From: Anaerohalosphaeraceae bacterium
Lineage (GTDB): Bacteria; Planctomycetota; Phycisphaerae; Sedimentisphaerales; Anaerohalosphaeraceae
Direction of reading: 5' to 3'
Assembly: GCA_030641315.1 (NCBI GenBank)
Contig: DAOWHR010000150.1
Location: 1 to 20,106, forward strand
DNA: 20,106 nucleotides
Shown here: positions 1 through 8,627 of the stretch, piece after piece
Position numbering within the stretch: the first letter of the stretch is position 1
Layout: every line of letters begins with the position of its first letter
Position numbers and translations under genes: made by a program
The notes under the pieces: model-generated
Told to the model about the DNA's origin: nothing
Seen by the model: only the letters and a program-made list of their open reading frames with translations
Database searches by the model: none

Positions 1-216
1 TTCACATTATTTAACTCAATCCCGTCCTTTGTGGATGAACGGACAACAATTAAGGACAGCCAAACGAGACAATCATGGCTCAGAAATAACGAAATAAGCA
101 TGATACGGATGAAAACGCAAGCTGCCGGCATTCTTTGCGCAAACGAACAACGGCGGTCCACACATGGCGTCAGCGAAACAAACTCCGAACATGTTGCAGG
201 ATATACTGACCAGAGC

Positions 217-930
217 CTAACGGTCCAGCACACGCACTCTGATATTACGGAACCACATTTTGTCACCATGATCCTGCAAAAGTATATGCCCGCTCTCAGC
301 AACGCCGAAGCCCTTTATCGATTTATATTTGCTGATAGCGATAATATCCATAAACTCCTTGCTTCCCCGCTCGTACTCAAGGATCTTCATGCCGTTTAGC
401 CAGTGCTCTACATGCATCCCGTCCGAAACGATTTTCGCCTTGTTCCACTGTCCGATCTGCAAAGTGGGCTTATTCGTATCAGCGGCGATAAGATCATACA
501 GCGAACCCATCGTCCGATTGCCCCCGCGCCCGTTCTTTGCATCGGGATGGTTCTCATCGTCAAGGATCTGATACTCCAGCCCGAGTCCACCTGTCCCCTT
601 ACTCATTTCCTCGACAACAAAATACTTGATCCCGCTGTTAGCCTTGGTGCTCAGCTTGAACTCCATCTCAAGAACAAAGCTGCTGAATTCGTCCTTCGTA
701 ACTATATCGCCCGCCCTTTTTCCACCCGGCTCAAAAACCAGCATCCCGTCTTCAACCTTCCAACCTGCATCAGGGAATTTGTCAGAATTGATCCCACGCC
801 ACGCATCGACATTGCTGCCGTCAAACAACGATATCCAGTTTTGCCTCTCGCCATTACTGCAGCACTCACAGGAACATCCGCTAAAAGCAACTGCTGCGAT
901 AAATATTGATAAAATAATGATCCTGTTCAT
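217..930 (-). CDS. DUF1080 (3-keto-disaccharide hydrolase-like) domain lipoprotein
   Basis: ORF 217-951. The internal ATG at 930 is preferred: GAGAGG lies 5 nt upstream, whereas the ATG at 951 has no RBS. The leader MNRIIILSIFIAAVAFSGC has a lipobox-like FSGC. Family hallmarks are present: WISLFDG..DAW, WKVEDGML, GDIVTKDEF, NSGI, LEYQILDD, GSLYDLI, VEHWLNG, and LLQDHGDKMWFRNIRVRVL at the C-terminus. It lies 11 nt downstream of the sulfatase gene on the same strand. Confidence 0.85.
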   Translation of the reverse strand: MNRIIILSIFIAAVAFSGCSCECCSNGERQNWISLFDGSNVDAWRGINSDKFPDAGWKVEDGMLVFEPGGKRAGDIVTKDEFSSFVLEMEFKLSTKANSGIKYFVVEEMSKGTGGLGLEYQILDDENHPDAKNGRGGNRTMGSLYDLIAADTNKPTLQIGQWNKAKIVSDGMHVEHWLNGMKILEYERGSKEFMDIIAISKYKSIKGFGVAESGHILLQDHGDKMWFRNIRVRVLDR

Positions 931-962
931 AAAAACCTCTCTGATAATCATAATTGCGTTTA

Positions 963-2585
963 TTATTTTTTCTTTCTCAGATATTCGTGTGAAATCTGAA
1001 CGGCTTTTTTTCTGGCATCATTGTCATAATCCCAGAACTCATCAATGACTTTTTCGACCTTCGGGAAATCCTTACCGGTATCGCCTACTCTTTTACGAAG
1101 CTTTTTAAGCCGTCTTTTTAAATCTTTAACAACCTTGTCATATTTTGGATTATCGTATTGATTAACAACTTCACCCGGATCGTTCTTAAGGTCGTACAGT
1201 TCCCAGCCGGGCGGCGTCTGGTTTTCACCCTCATAGCTGCACCCATAATAAAGAATCAGTTTATGATCCTTGGTCCTGATACCAACGTGCCCCGGGTTAT
1301 CATGGTGAGCCATATGCATCCAGTAACGATAGTAAGCTTCCTTCTTCCAGTCTTTAGGCTCCTTGCCGCTCACACAGATATCGTAAAAACTCTTCCCCTG
1401 CATATATCCAGGGGTCCTAACTCCTGCAAACCCCAGCATCGTAGGACCATAGTCAACGTTTTCAACAATAGCGTCTGTTCTGCTGCCCGCCTTGACCGCC
1501 TTGGGGTAGCGGACAAGAAAAGGCATCCGCATCGATTCTTCGTACATCCAACGCTTATCCATATAGTCATGCTCACCAAGCATAAATCCCTGGTCGCCGG
1601 TGTAGATGATGACAGTGTTGTCGAGTTGGCCTATTGTTTCTAGATATGCGAACAATCGTTTTAGATTGTCATCAACACCCTTAACGCACCTGAGATAGTG
1701 CTTCATATATTCATTATACGCTTCTCGTTTTGCATCATCATCGCTAAGCGACTTGTTGATCTTGTAATACTGTGTGTAGTTACGCCTTGGATTACGTCTG
1801 CCTATCGAAGTTCCTATATAAGGCAGCAGTTCGTCATTGTCTCCCCTCGTCGCAATCGAACCGAACTTAGGCTGTTTCCAAAGGTTCTCAGGTTCCGGTA
1901 TGTCAATGTCCGCAAGATAGTCCTCGTAACGAGGCGCATACTTGAACATATCATGCGGTGCTTTGTAGTGGTGCATCAAAAAGAACGGCTTGTCTCTGTC
2001 CCAGCCCTGGCCGAGCCACTTTAGCGTTATATCCGTTATTGCGTCAGAAGAATGCATCCCATTGTATTTAACAGTATTCTTGGGCCATTGTTCATCACCC
2101 TGCGTTCGGAACAACGGATTAAAGTAATTCCCCTGACCACGCAATACACAGTAATAGTCAAAAGCACCAGGTTCTTCTTTAAGGTGCCATTTCCCGATCA
2201 TCGCCGTATGGTAGCCCGCCTTCTTCATTTCGATTGCAAGATACTGATTCTTAGCTTCGATCCCCCCTCTAAGATCATACGCCCCGTTTGTATGAGCATA
2301 CTGCCCCGTAAGAATACATGCCCGGCTAGGTGAACATATCGAATTGGTACAGAAGGCGTTTTCAAATAGCATCCCTTCTTTTGCAAGTTTATCGATCGTT
2401 GGTGTAGGGTTGAGTTTGGCGAGCCTGCCCCCGTAAGCACCGACTGCCTGGCTGCAGTGATCGTCAGACATGATAAATAGAACATTTGGCTTTTGTTCCT
2501 GTTTGCCGAAAGACATTTTTCCAAAAGTCCCAAGAACTGCGCCAGTAGTAATACAACCTAAAAATTCACGCCTCGTAATTGACAT
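963..2585 (-). CDS. Cys-type (formylglycine-dependent) sulfatase with Tat-like leader
   Basis: 540-aa ORF with an ATG start and GGAG 6 nt upstream. The leader is MSITRREFLGC. It carries PNVLFIMSDDH, the C-x-P-x-R motif CSPSRACILTGQ, GKWHL and YTGDQG. Confidence 0.93.
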   Translation of the reverse strand: MSITRREFLGCITTGAVLGTFGKMSFGKQEQKPNVLFIMSDDHCSQAVGAYGGRLAKLNPTPTIDKLAKEGMLFENAFCTNSICSPSRACILTGQYAHTNGAYDLRGGIEAKNQYLAIEMKKAGYHTAMIGKWHLKEEPGAFDYYCVLRGQGNYFNPLFRTQGDEQWPKNTVKYNGMHSSDAITDITLKWLGQGWDRDKPFFLMHHYKAPHDMFKYAPRYEDYLADIDIPEPENLWKQPKFGSIATRGDNDELLPYIGTSIGRRNPRRNYTQYYKINKSLSDDDAKREAYNEYMKHYLRCVKGVDDNLKRLFAYLETIGQLDNTVIIYTGDQGFMLGEHDYMDKRWMYEESMRMPFLVRYPKAVKAGSRTDAIVENVDYGPTMLGFAGVRTPGYMQGKSFYDICVSGKEPKDWKKEAYYRYWMHMAHHDNPGHVGIRTKDHKLILYYGCSYEGENQTPPGWELYDLKNDPGEVVNQYDNPKYDKVVKDLKRRLKKLRKRVGDTGKDFPKVEKVIDEFWDYDNDARKKAVQISHEYLRKKK

Positions 2586-2818
2586 TCTATGCTCCGAAAT
2601 TGAAAATAATATTAATACTGATAGCCAAAACGCACGTATATTAACATGTCCGGCCTAATCAATCAAGCACTTCAACGTGCTGTTTGACCGGAAAATCGCT
2701 GTTGTTTTCATCAATATCTCTGGCATTCGTCATTGATTTTGAGTATTATAGCAGGCGAAACAGGCATATTTAATTTACTGTCGGGATAATCGATCACAAC
2801 AGCTAAAAAGGGATTCCT

Positions 2819-4245
2819 ATGGATAGAAGAAAGTTCCTCAGTACCGCTGCAATAAGCGTTTGCGCATTATCGTACGGTTCCTTTGCGGACAACACCGCAG
2901 ACCCTAAACGCCCCAACATTCTCTTCATTATGACCGACCAGCAGTTCGCCGACATAATGAGCTGCCGTATGGGTAATCAATATATAAACACCTCGGCGAT
3001 GGACTCCCTTGCGAAAAACGGAATGCTTTTCACCAATGCATACGCGCCCAATCCGCTTTGCATGCCCGCCCGCAACTCCATTTTTACCGGCAGGTATCCG
3101 CACGAAACACAGTGCCAGAAAAACGGCCCCGGCTCGCTTGACACAAAACAGTTCCCCAGCATGGGCACATATTTCAAAAACGCTGGCTACGACACAGGCT
3201 ACGTGGGCAAATGGCACTTGTGGTATAAAACAAAAAGAGCCACGGCTTCGACTACACCGACGTTCTCTACGGCAACGGTCACGACGATGAAATACCCGCC
3301 CCTGCAATTGAGTTCATGAACAAAGACAGAGATAATCCATTCCTTCTCGTCGTCTCTCTCAGCAATCCGCACGATGTGTGCCAGCTTGCAAGACATGAAA
3401 AACTCCCAAGCGGCCCTATCCCGCAACTGCCCCCGATCGTACAAAGGCCGCCTTTAAAGAAAAATATGGCGCCCCCGGCCAAAGAATCTGACGCGATGAG
3501 TCTTATGCGAAAATCCTATCACAACTCCAGCAAGTTTCCCGTCGGCGATTACGATGAGGACAAATGGCGAAGGCTTTCCTGGGGATACTTCCGCCTTGTC
3601 GAAAAAGTTGACGCACTTATCGCTAAGGTACTCAACGGACTAAAACAGTCGGGCCAATATGACAACACGATGATCGTCTTTACCAGCGATCACGGCGACT
3701 GCCACGGCGCACACAAATTCAACCAGAAGACCGTATTCTACGAAGAGTCCGCAAGGATTCCATTCATCCTGAGTTACAACAATGTCATCAAGCACGGCAC
3801 AAGCGACCTGCTGGTAAACACCGGCATCGACATCTTAGCCACCATGATGGATTTTGCAGGCATCGATCAGCCAAAACGACTGCCCGGCAAGAGCCTCAAA
3901 ACTATCACGCAGGGCAATCAGCCAAAAAAATGGCGAGACTACATCGTAGTGCAAAACTACATGACACAGGGCGGACCAGTCGATGGACAAACGCCAAAAG
4001 TAAACGGCAGAATGGTGAGATCGAACTCATACAAATACTGCATCTACGACCACGGAAAACAGCCCGAAGAATTGTTCGACATGGTCAATGACCGCCTGGA
4101 AACCAAAAATCTCGCAACCGATCCCGCATTCAAAAATATCCTGCAATCACACCGCGGATACCTGAAACAGCACGCAAACCGATACAAAGACAAACTCGCA
4201 ATAAAAATGCTTGATCAGCCGTCATTGGACATGATCACCGGTTAA
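2819..4245 (+). pseudogene. Cys-type sulfatase interrupted by a 1-nt frameshift (pseudogene, or a homopolymer sequencing error)
   Basis: ORFs 2819-3319 (frame 2) and 3316-4245 (frame 1) together encode one sulfatase of about 475 aa. The N-terminal part has the leader MDRRKFL, PNILFIMTDQQ, CMPARNSIFTGRYPHE and GKWHL. Frame 1 read from 3241 continues the family sequence (HGFDYTDVLYGNGHDDEIPAPAIEFMNKDRDNPFLLVVSLSNPHD), followed by FTSDHGD. Frame 1 is closed by TAA at 3226-3228, so the indel must lie in 3229-3240 (aaacaaaaagag, with an A5 run at 3232-3236). Confidence 0.85.
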
Positions 4246-4353
4246 AAGACATCCCCCTTAAGTTGGGACTGGAATAAATTCAGTTATCCCTACACACAGA
4301 AAGGATAACATAAATCATACTCAATACTACAGAAGTTAAAAATCTCCCACATA

Positions 4354-7300
4354 CTATTCCAACCAATGCTGGGCCAGGATCACATAGTCTGATAGGTTAG
4401 TTACTCCATCACCGTTAATGTCAGTACTAGAATCTGCTGAAAGCCAATTCTCAACAAAGTACGACAGGTCCCCAAAGGCAACTCCATCAGGACACAAGAA
4501 ATCTCCGATGCTATCATACTCCCAAGCAAGTCTAGGATAACCTGCCCCATCAACACAAAGTCGCCAGAAATCGTCAGTGCCGTTAGCATCTTCATTAGTG
4601 AAGTCCCAGCCGTGGTCTGTAAAGGTGGTTTGGGTTTTCAGTTGGGCTGTTGTTTTGCCCATAACATCTACTGGGTCATCAATATTTCCTACTCCTGTAA
4701 GAGATGGATTCACTTGGCTGTCCCAGAAACAGCTGGCAATGTCCCCGCTGTTGCTGGAACCAACCAGTCCTCCCACTTCGGAGTTTCCAGATACACCGAC
4801 TGCTGCATAACTGTTTGTTATACTGCTGGAATTATTATAGCCAACCAGCCCCCCAACTTCAGTATTCCCAGTTACAGAACCAGTTGAATAGCAGTTTATT
4901 ATCTCACCGTACTCACTTTTTCCCGTCAGCAACCCGATTTTAGAATCGCCTGTTACAGTACCTGTTGAATAACAGTTTATTATCTCACCATATTCATTCG
5001 CTCCGGCCAGCCCCCCAGCAGAAGCATAAGCTCTGTCGATCGCACTGCAGTATACAGTGCCGCTGCAATAGCAGTTTCTAAGTGTACCATGATTAGAACC
5101 CACCAGGACCCCGATGTAAGATTCACCGCTTACATCGCCGCAGGCATAGCAATCTATTATATCACCCGAATTATACCCGACTAGTAGCCCCACGTAAGCA
5201 TATCCGGTTAAACTGCCCGTCGCATAGCAGTTTGTTATTGTGCCAAGGCTACGCCCAACCAGACTTCCCACAAAACCTGCATACTCTTCTGATTCAACCG
5301 ACACATCAATAATCCCTAGATTCCTTATATGACCCCCTCTGTCTAAATAAGCAAATATTCCGTCCGAAAATGTATGCATAAAGTTAGATATAGTGTGCCC
5401 CTTACCGTCAAACACTCCCTGAAACCTCATTCTTATATCTTGGATTGTATTAAAAGATTTTCCCGTGTATGCCGATAGATCAATATCACTCATCAGAACA
5501 AAGTCTTTATTCCAGTCCTGCTTGTGTATCCCAATCTCGTTCATCTCCTCTGCACTCCATATCTGATACGGATCTTCTTCACTCCCAACCCCTCCCCCAT
5601 AAGGAAATCCATCACTAACGACTATAGTAACCATAGCAGCCTCACACCCCGCAGCAGGCTCTTGAGAGATAACCACACCAGCGTCAATTGTTTTGCTGTG
5701 AGTTGCCTTTGTAACCAAAACCGGCACTGCTGAGCTTATCGCTTCTATTGCTTCACCCTCAACCAAACCCACAACTTCAGGCACCACCCCAATTTCCTGC
5801 CATGATAAAACAGGATAACCGCACCCCGACATACTCCAGATATCTTCACTGCCGTTTTCACTTTCACCGACAAAGTCCCAGTTCATCTCGGTATATGTAT
5901 CCTGTATCTGCAGTTCCATTGTTTCCTTGCCAATAATACCTTCTGTATACCAGCTATTATAGCCTTCCCCCGCAAGTGATTCATTTACATTTATATCCCA
6001 GAAACAATTATTATAAACTCCCTGTTCGTTCTCTCCAACAAAAGCTCCAACAGAAGTCTTATATCCAAAATAGCGAACACGACTTGCCGAATAACAGTTC
6101 TCGATAACACATTCACTGTTCCTTCCAATAAGTCCCCCGACATGGCGATCCCCGGAAACCCTACCGATAGCATAACTGTTATCCACACTGCCGTTATCCA
6201 CACAATTCCCCGTTAATCCCCCGACAGAAATATTACCATTGACGCTGCAGACTGAGTAGCAATATGATATAGTGCCTGTATTACATCCTGCCAGGCCGCC
6301 AATATAATAATAGCCGTTAACTGTTCCAGCCGAATAGCAATTTGAGATACTGCCGTTATTAACACTTGCCAGCCCCCCCACATAATTTGAATATGTTCTA
6401 TCAGTGATACTGACATTCTCCAAACCAAGATTTCTAAGAGAACCTTCATTCACCCCGAAAAGCCCGAGGTAACCGTCGTTCGGTCCAGCCGCTTCGATTG
6501 TCAGGTTTCTGACAACATAACCCTTTCCGTCAAATACACCCGTGAACGCTGTCCCAACAAATTTACCTTCTGACATGTCGCTATCCCATGCGATAACTGC
6601 TGTAGAATAAACATATCCTCCTAAATCAATGTCCGCAGATAAAATGAAATGTTTATTCCAATCCTCAGGATATGCTCTAATTGCATTCATCTGCTCAACG
6701 GTCGATATTTGATATGGAGATTCTTCTGTCCCCAAACCAGATTCATAAGGAAAACCATCGCTCACAAACAACGTAACTAACGCGGTCTCACACCCTGCAA
6801 CCGGCTCCTGTCCTATAACATGATCAGTAGGAACAGATTCACTGTGAACCTTAATAACATATACTGGCAATCCCAATGACTCAATTGAACTGACCGCTTC
6901 TGCTTTTGACAATCCGCTAACGTCAGACGACACACCGACAGGTTGCCATGATAAAACAGCAAACCCGCACTCCGGCAGATACCATAAATCATCAATTCCA
7001 TTCAAACTTTCTCCCACAAAATCCCAGTACATATCTGTGTAAGTAATCTGTGTTTGCATCTCAGAGATCGTCTTTCCCACTACATCATAAGGATCTTCGA
7101 CATTACTAATGCCTTTGATATCTGGGTTAGCTTCGATGTTCCATAAACAAGCGTAATAATCAGTGTAATAATTACCACCCACACCCACCAGCCCACCGAT
7201 GTATTCATTGCCTGAAACTTCTCCCATAGCATAACAATAGGTTATCTCGCTATGATAACTATTTGCCCCTGCCAGACCACCCACGCTCCTGTCGCCTTTG

Positions 7301-8298
7301 ACATTTCCCGTAGCATAACAATATCTTATTGCTCCTTCGTTATATCCTACCAGCCCCCCGGAATAACTCGAAAAGCTGATAACCTTTCCTGTTGCATAGC
7401 TCTCGGACACACTCTCATAATTAATTCCAACAAGGCCGCCTATACTGTAACTACCCCTGATATCACCCAGCCCACAGCACCTTGATAACTCACCCATATT
7501 ATAACCAACCACTCCCCCGATTTCAGAAGTGCCCTCAACCCTGCATGCCGCCAAGCAGTCTGTTATAATACCTTCATTATAACCTGCAGTTCCACCAACA
7601 TCGTACGAATCAGATATTACGGTTCCCTCGCTGTTGCAATTTTCTATACTCCCATCATTCCAGCCCACAAGCCCACCAAGATAGCTGTTGCCACCCATGA
7701 TTATTGACACATTGCAGTCAGTTATACTGCCTTTATTTTTACCTGCAAGCCCCCCCGTTGACAAGTAACCATTAACACTGCCGGAAACAGAACAGTTGGT
7801 GATTCCTCCGACATTATATCCTGCCAGCCCCCCCACATAAAAACCGTATTCCGCTTGAATATCGACATCTTTCAGCTCAAGATTTCTGATCTCACCGTTA
7901 CTGCCAACATAACCAAATAGACCTGTATACTCACAATCGAAAGATGAAGTAATAAATCCTGTAATTGTGTGCCCACCCCCATCAAATATACCGTTAAAAG
8001 GTGTTCCATCGTATGAACCATTACTGTTATCCTCGTCTGGAGCAACCAAGGCCGTATCATATATGGCCGCACTCAGATCAATATCAGTCGTCATTAAAAA
8101 ATGCTTATCCCAGTCCCCCTCATTCTCCCCTATCTCCTGCATATGGTTAGGATCTGCAATAATATAAGGTTCTTCAGCAGTCCCCGCACCTCCCCCATAC
8201 GTCCCACAAAAAGCACATTGAGCAAACACAAGCATAGCTGTTACAGCTAACAACAATAGACGATGATTGATTATTATTGCGATATTATTACTTTTCAT
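4354..8298 (-). CDS. Large secreted GLUG-repeat protein (adhesin-like): three tandem modules, two PASTA-like segments, dockerin-like C-terminus
   Basis: ORF 4354-8331 opens with TTG. The ATG at 8298 is preferred because GGAG lies 10 nt upstream. The leader is MKSNNIAIIINHRLLLLAVTAMLVFAQCA. About 20 copies of the GLUG-type motif (V/I)GGL(A/V)G.N.G.I..C(Y/S) are present, which suggests a beta-helix-like repeat. Each of the three modules starts with EE.PYQI....M..I.....W.K.F.L..DIDL. Confidence 0.85.
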   Translation of the reverse strand: MKSNNIAIIINHRLLLLAVTAMLVFAQCAFCGTYGGGAGTAEEPYIIADPNHMQEIGENEGDWDKHFLMTTDIDLSAAIYDTALVAPDEDNSNGSYDGTPFNGIFDGGGHTITGFITSSFDCEYTGLFGYVGSNGEIRNLELKDVDIQAEYGFYVGGLAGYNVGGITNCSVSGSVNGYLSTGGLAGKNKGSITDCNVSIIMGGNSYLGGLVGWNDGSIENCNSEGTVISDSYDVGGTAGYNEGIITDCLAACRVEGTSEIGGVVGYNMGELSRCCGLGDIRGSYSIGGLVGINYESVSESYATGKVISFSSYSGGLVGYNEGAIRYCYATGNVKGDRSVGGLAGANSYHSEITYCYAMGEVSGNEYIGGLVGVGGNYYTDYYACLWNIEANPDIKGISNVEDPYDVVGKTISEMQTQITYTDMYWDFVGESLNGIDDLWYLPECGFAVLSWQPVGVSSDVSGLSKAEAVSSIESLGLPVYVIKVHSESVPTDHVIGQEPVAGCETALVTLFVSDGFPYESGLGTEESPYQISTVEQMNAIRAYPEDWNKHFILSADIDLGGYVYSTAVIAWDSDMSEGKFVGTAFTGVFDGKGYVVRNLTIEAAGPNDGYLGLFGVNEGSLRNLGLENVSITDRTYSNYVGGLASVNNGSISNCYSAGTVNGYYYIGGLAGCNTGTISYCYSVCSVNGNISVGGLTGNCVDNGSVDNSYAIGRVSGDRHVGGLIGRNSECVIENCYSASRVRYFGYKTSVGAFVGENEQGVYNNCFWDINVNESLAGEGYNSWYTEGIIGKETMELQIQDTYTEMNWDFVGESENGSEDIWSMSGCGYPVLSWQEIGVVPEVVGLVEGEAIEAISSAVPVLVTKATHSKTIDAGVVISQEPAAGCEAAMVTIVVSDGFPYGGGVGSEEDPYQIWSAEEMNEIGIHKQDWNKDFVLMSDIDLSAYTGKSFNTIQDIRMRFQGVFDGKGHTISNFMHTFSDGIFAYLDRGGHIRNLGIIDVSVESEEYAGFVGSLVGRSLGTITNCYATGSLTGYAYVGLLVGYNSGDIIDCYACGDVSGESYIGVLVGSNHGTLRNCYCSGTVYCSAIDRAYASAGGLAGANEYGEIINCYSTGTVTGDSKIGLLTGKSEYGEIINCYSTGSVTGNTEVGGLVGYNNSSSITNSYAAVGVSGNSEVGGLVGSSNSGDIASCFWDSQVNPSLTGVGNIDDPVDVMGKTTAQLKTQTTFTDHGWDFTNEDANGTDDFWRLCVDGAGYPRLAWEYDSIGDFLCPDGVAFGDLSYFVENWLSADSSTDINGDGVTNLSDYVILAQHWLE
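4357..4494 (-). other. Dockerin-like (EF-hand-loop) C-terminal tail of the GLUG protein
   Basis: CPDGVAFGDLSYFVENWLSADSSTDINGDGVTNLSDYVILAQHWLE. It contains a D-x-N-x-D-G-x-V-x-x-x-D calcium-loop-like motif and two hydrophobic ..(F/I)(V/L)..(N/H)WL helices. It is related to the tail of the 8538-10208 product. Confidence 0.55.
4495..5580 (-). repeat. GLUG protein internal module 3 (about 362 aa)
   Basis: Starts at EEDPYQIWSAEEMNEIGIHKQDWNKDFVLMSDIDLSA. Contains about seven GGLxG-like units and LKTQTTFTDHGWDFTNEDANGTDDFWRLCVDGAGYPRLAWE. It has no PASTA-like segment and is followed by the C-terminal tail. Confidence 0.75.
5581..6726 (-). repeat. GLUG protein internal module 2 (about 382 aa)
   Basis: Starts at EESPYQISTVEQMNAIRAYPEDWNKHFILSADIDLGG. 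Contains about five GGLxG units and LQIQDTYTEMNWDFVGESENGSEDIWSMSGCGYPVLSWQ. Ends with a PASTA-like segment plus DGFPYGGGVGS. Confidence 0.8.
5608..5787 (-). other. PASTA-like segment 2 within the GLUG protein
   Basis: VVPEVVGLVEGEAIEAISSAVPVLVTKATHSKTIDAGVVISQEPAAGCEAAMVTIVVSDG. It occupies the same position in module 2 as segment 1 does in module 1. Confidence 0.5.
6727..8175 (-). repeat. GLUG protein internal module 1 (protein-level repeat, about 483 aa)
   Basis: Starts at EEPYIIADPNHMQEIGENEGDWDKHFLMTTDIDLSA. Contains nine GGLxG units and MQTQITYTDMYWDFVGESLNGIDDLWYLPECGFAVLSWQ. Ends with a PASTA-like segment plus DGFPYESGLGT. Confidence 0.8.
6754..6933 (-). other. PASTA-like segment 1 within the GLUG protein
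   Basis: VSSDVSGLSKAEAVSSIESLGLPVYVIKVHSESVPTDHVIGQEPVAGCETALVTLFVSDG follows the PASTA pattern (VP.V.G....A...L...GL.......S..V..G.VI.Q.P.AG..V.....V.L.VS.G). Confidence 0.5.
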
Positions 8299-8342
8299 CT
8301 TTGCTAGTCTCCAATATTGAAGGATTTTCAAGCTATTACCAC

Positions 8343-8371
8343 ATCATACTTATATTATGGCAGAATTACAA
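8343..8371 (-). promoter_or_regulatory. Candidate sigma70-type promoter for the GLUG gene
   Basis: The minus strand reads TTGTAA (8371-8366), a 17-nt spacer, then TATGAT (8348-8343). The predicted transcription start is near 8336. That leaves a leader of about 38 nt with GGAG for the ATG at 8298 and argues against the TTG at 8331. This is pattern matching only. Confidence 0.3.
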
Positions 8372-8429
8372 GAAAAAAGGTCAAATGTTATCTTTACACC
8401 CCTATACACTTACTTATTTCAGTAAATCC

Positions 8430-8457
8430 TTGAAAAAATGCCGGGTTTTGATATGAT
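8430..8457 (+). promoter_or_regulatory. Candidate sigma70-type promoter (extended -10) for the HAP2-like gene
   Basis: TTGAAA (8430-8435), a 16-nt spacer ending in TGa (8449-8451), then TATGAT (8452-8457). This lies about 75 nt upstream of the ATG at 8538. Pattern matching only. Confidence 0.35.
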
Positions 8458-8537
8458 GGGCCTATCGTCTTTTATCACAACTGCTCGACAGATGTAAGCA
8501 TAAGCAGGTTTTGTTGTTTTTTGGAACGGAGGGTATC

Positions 8538-8627
8538 ATGAATACAAAAAACGCGGCTTCACACCAAATCGCAATCGTAATATCAACCGCTATAATCGTC
8601 TTGTGCATCACGTCTCTCTGCCAAGCC
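8538..8627 (+). other. Signal peptide (or uncleaved signal anchor) of the HAP2-like protein
   Basis: MNTKNAASHQ is followed by an 18-residue hydrophobic core, IAIVISTAIIVLCITSLC, then QA/D. This could be a small-x-A signal peptidase I site. The core is also long enough to span a membrane if it is not cleaved. Confidence 0.6.

Noticed and set aside
31-399. 122-aa plus-strand ORF at the window start
   Set aside because: It overlaps the 3' end of the well-supported DUF1080 gene on the opposite strand. It has no recognisable motifs and no RBS. The first 216 nt remain unassigned.
3226-3240. Programmed -1 ribosomal frameshifting in the sulfatase gene
   Set aside because: A Lys-codon slip on c-aaa-aag is formally possible. 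However, I know of no sulfatase family that uses recoding, and no obvious downstream stimulatory structure is visible. A homopolymer error or a recent pseudogenisation is more parsimonious.
4283-4309. Hairpin gttatcc-(13 nt)-ggataac between the convergent sulfatase and GLUG genes, considered as a bidirectional terminator
   Set aside because: The loop is long, the stem is AT-rich and only 7 bp, and there is no clear U-tract on either strand. The evidence is insufficient to call a terminator.
8299-8537. The longer TTG-initiated versions of the GLUG ORF (start 8331) and the fusexin ORF (start 8511)
   Set aside because: Both TTG starts lack an RBS. The downstream ATGs at 8298 and 8538 have GGAG/GGAGGG at proper spacing and yield canonical signal peptides.
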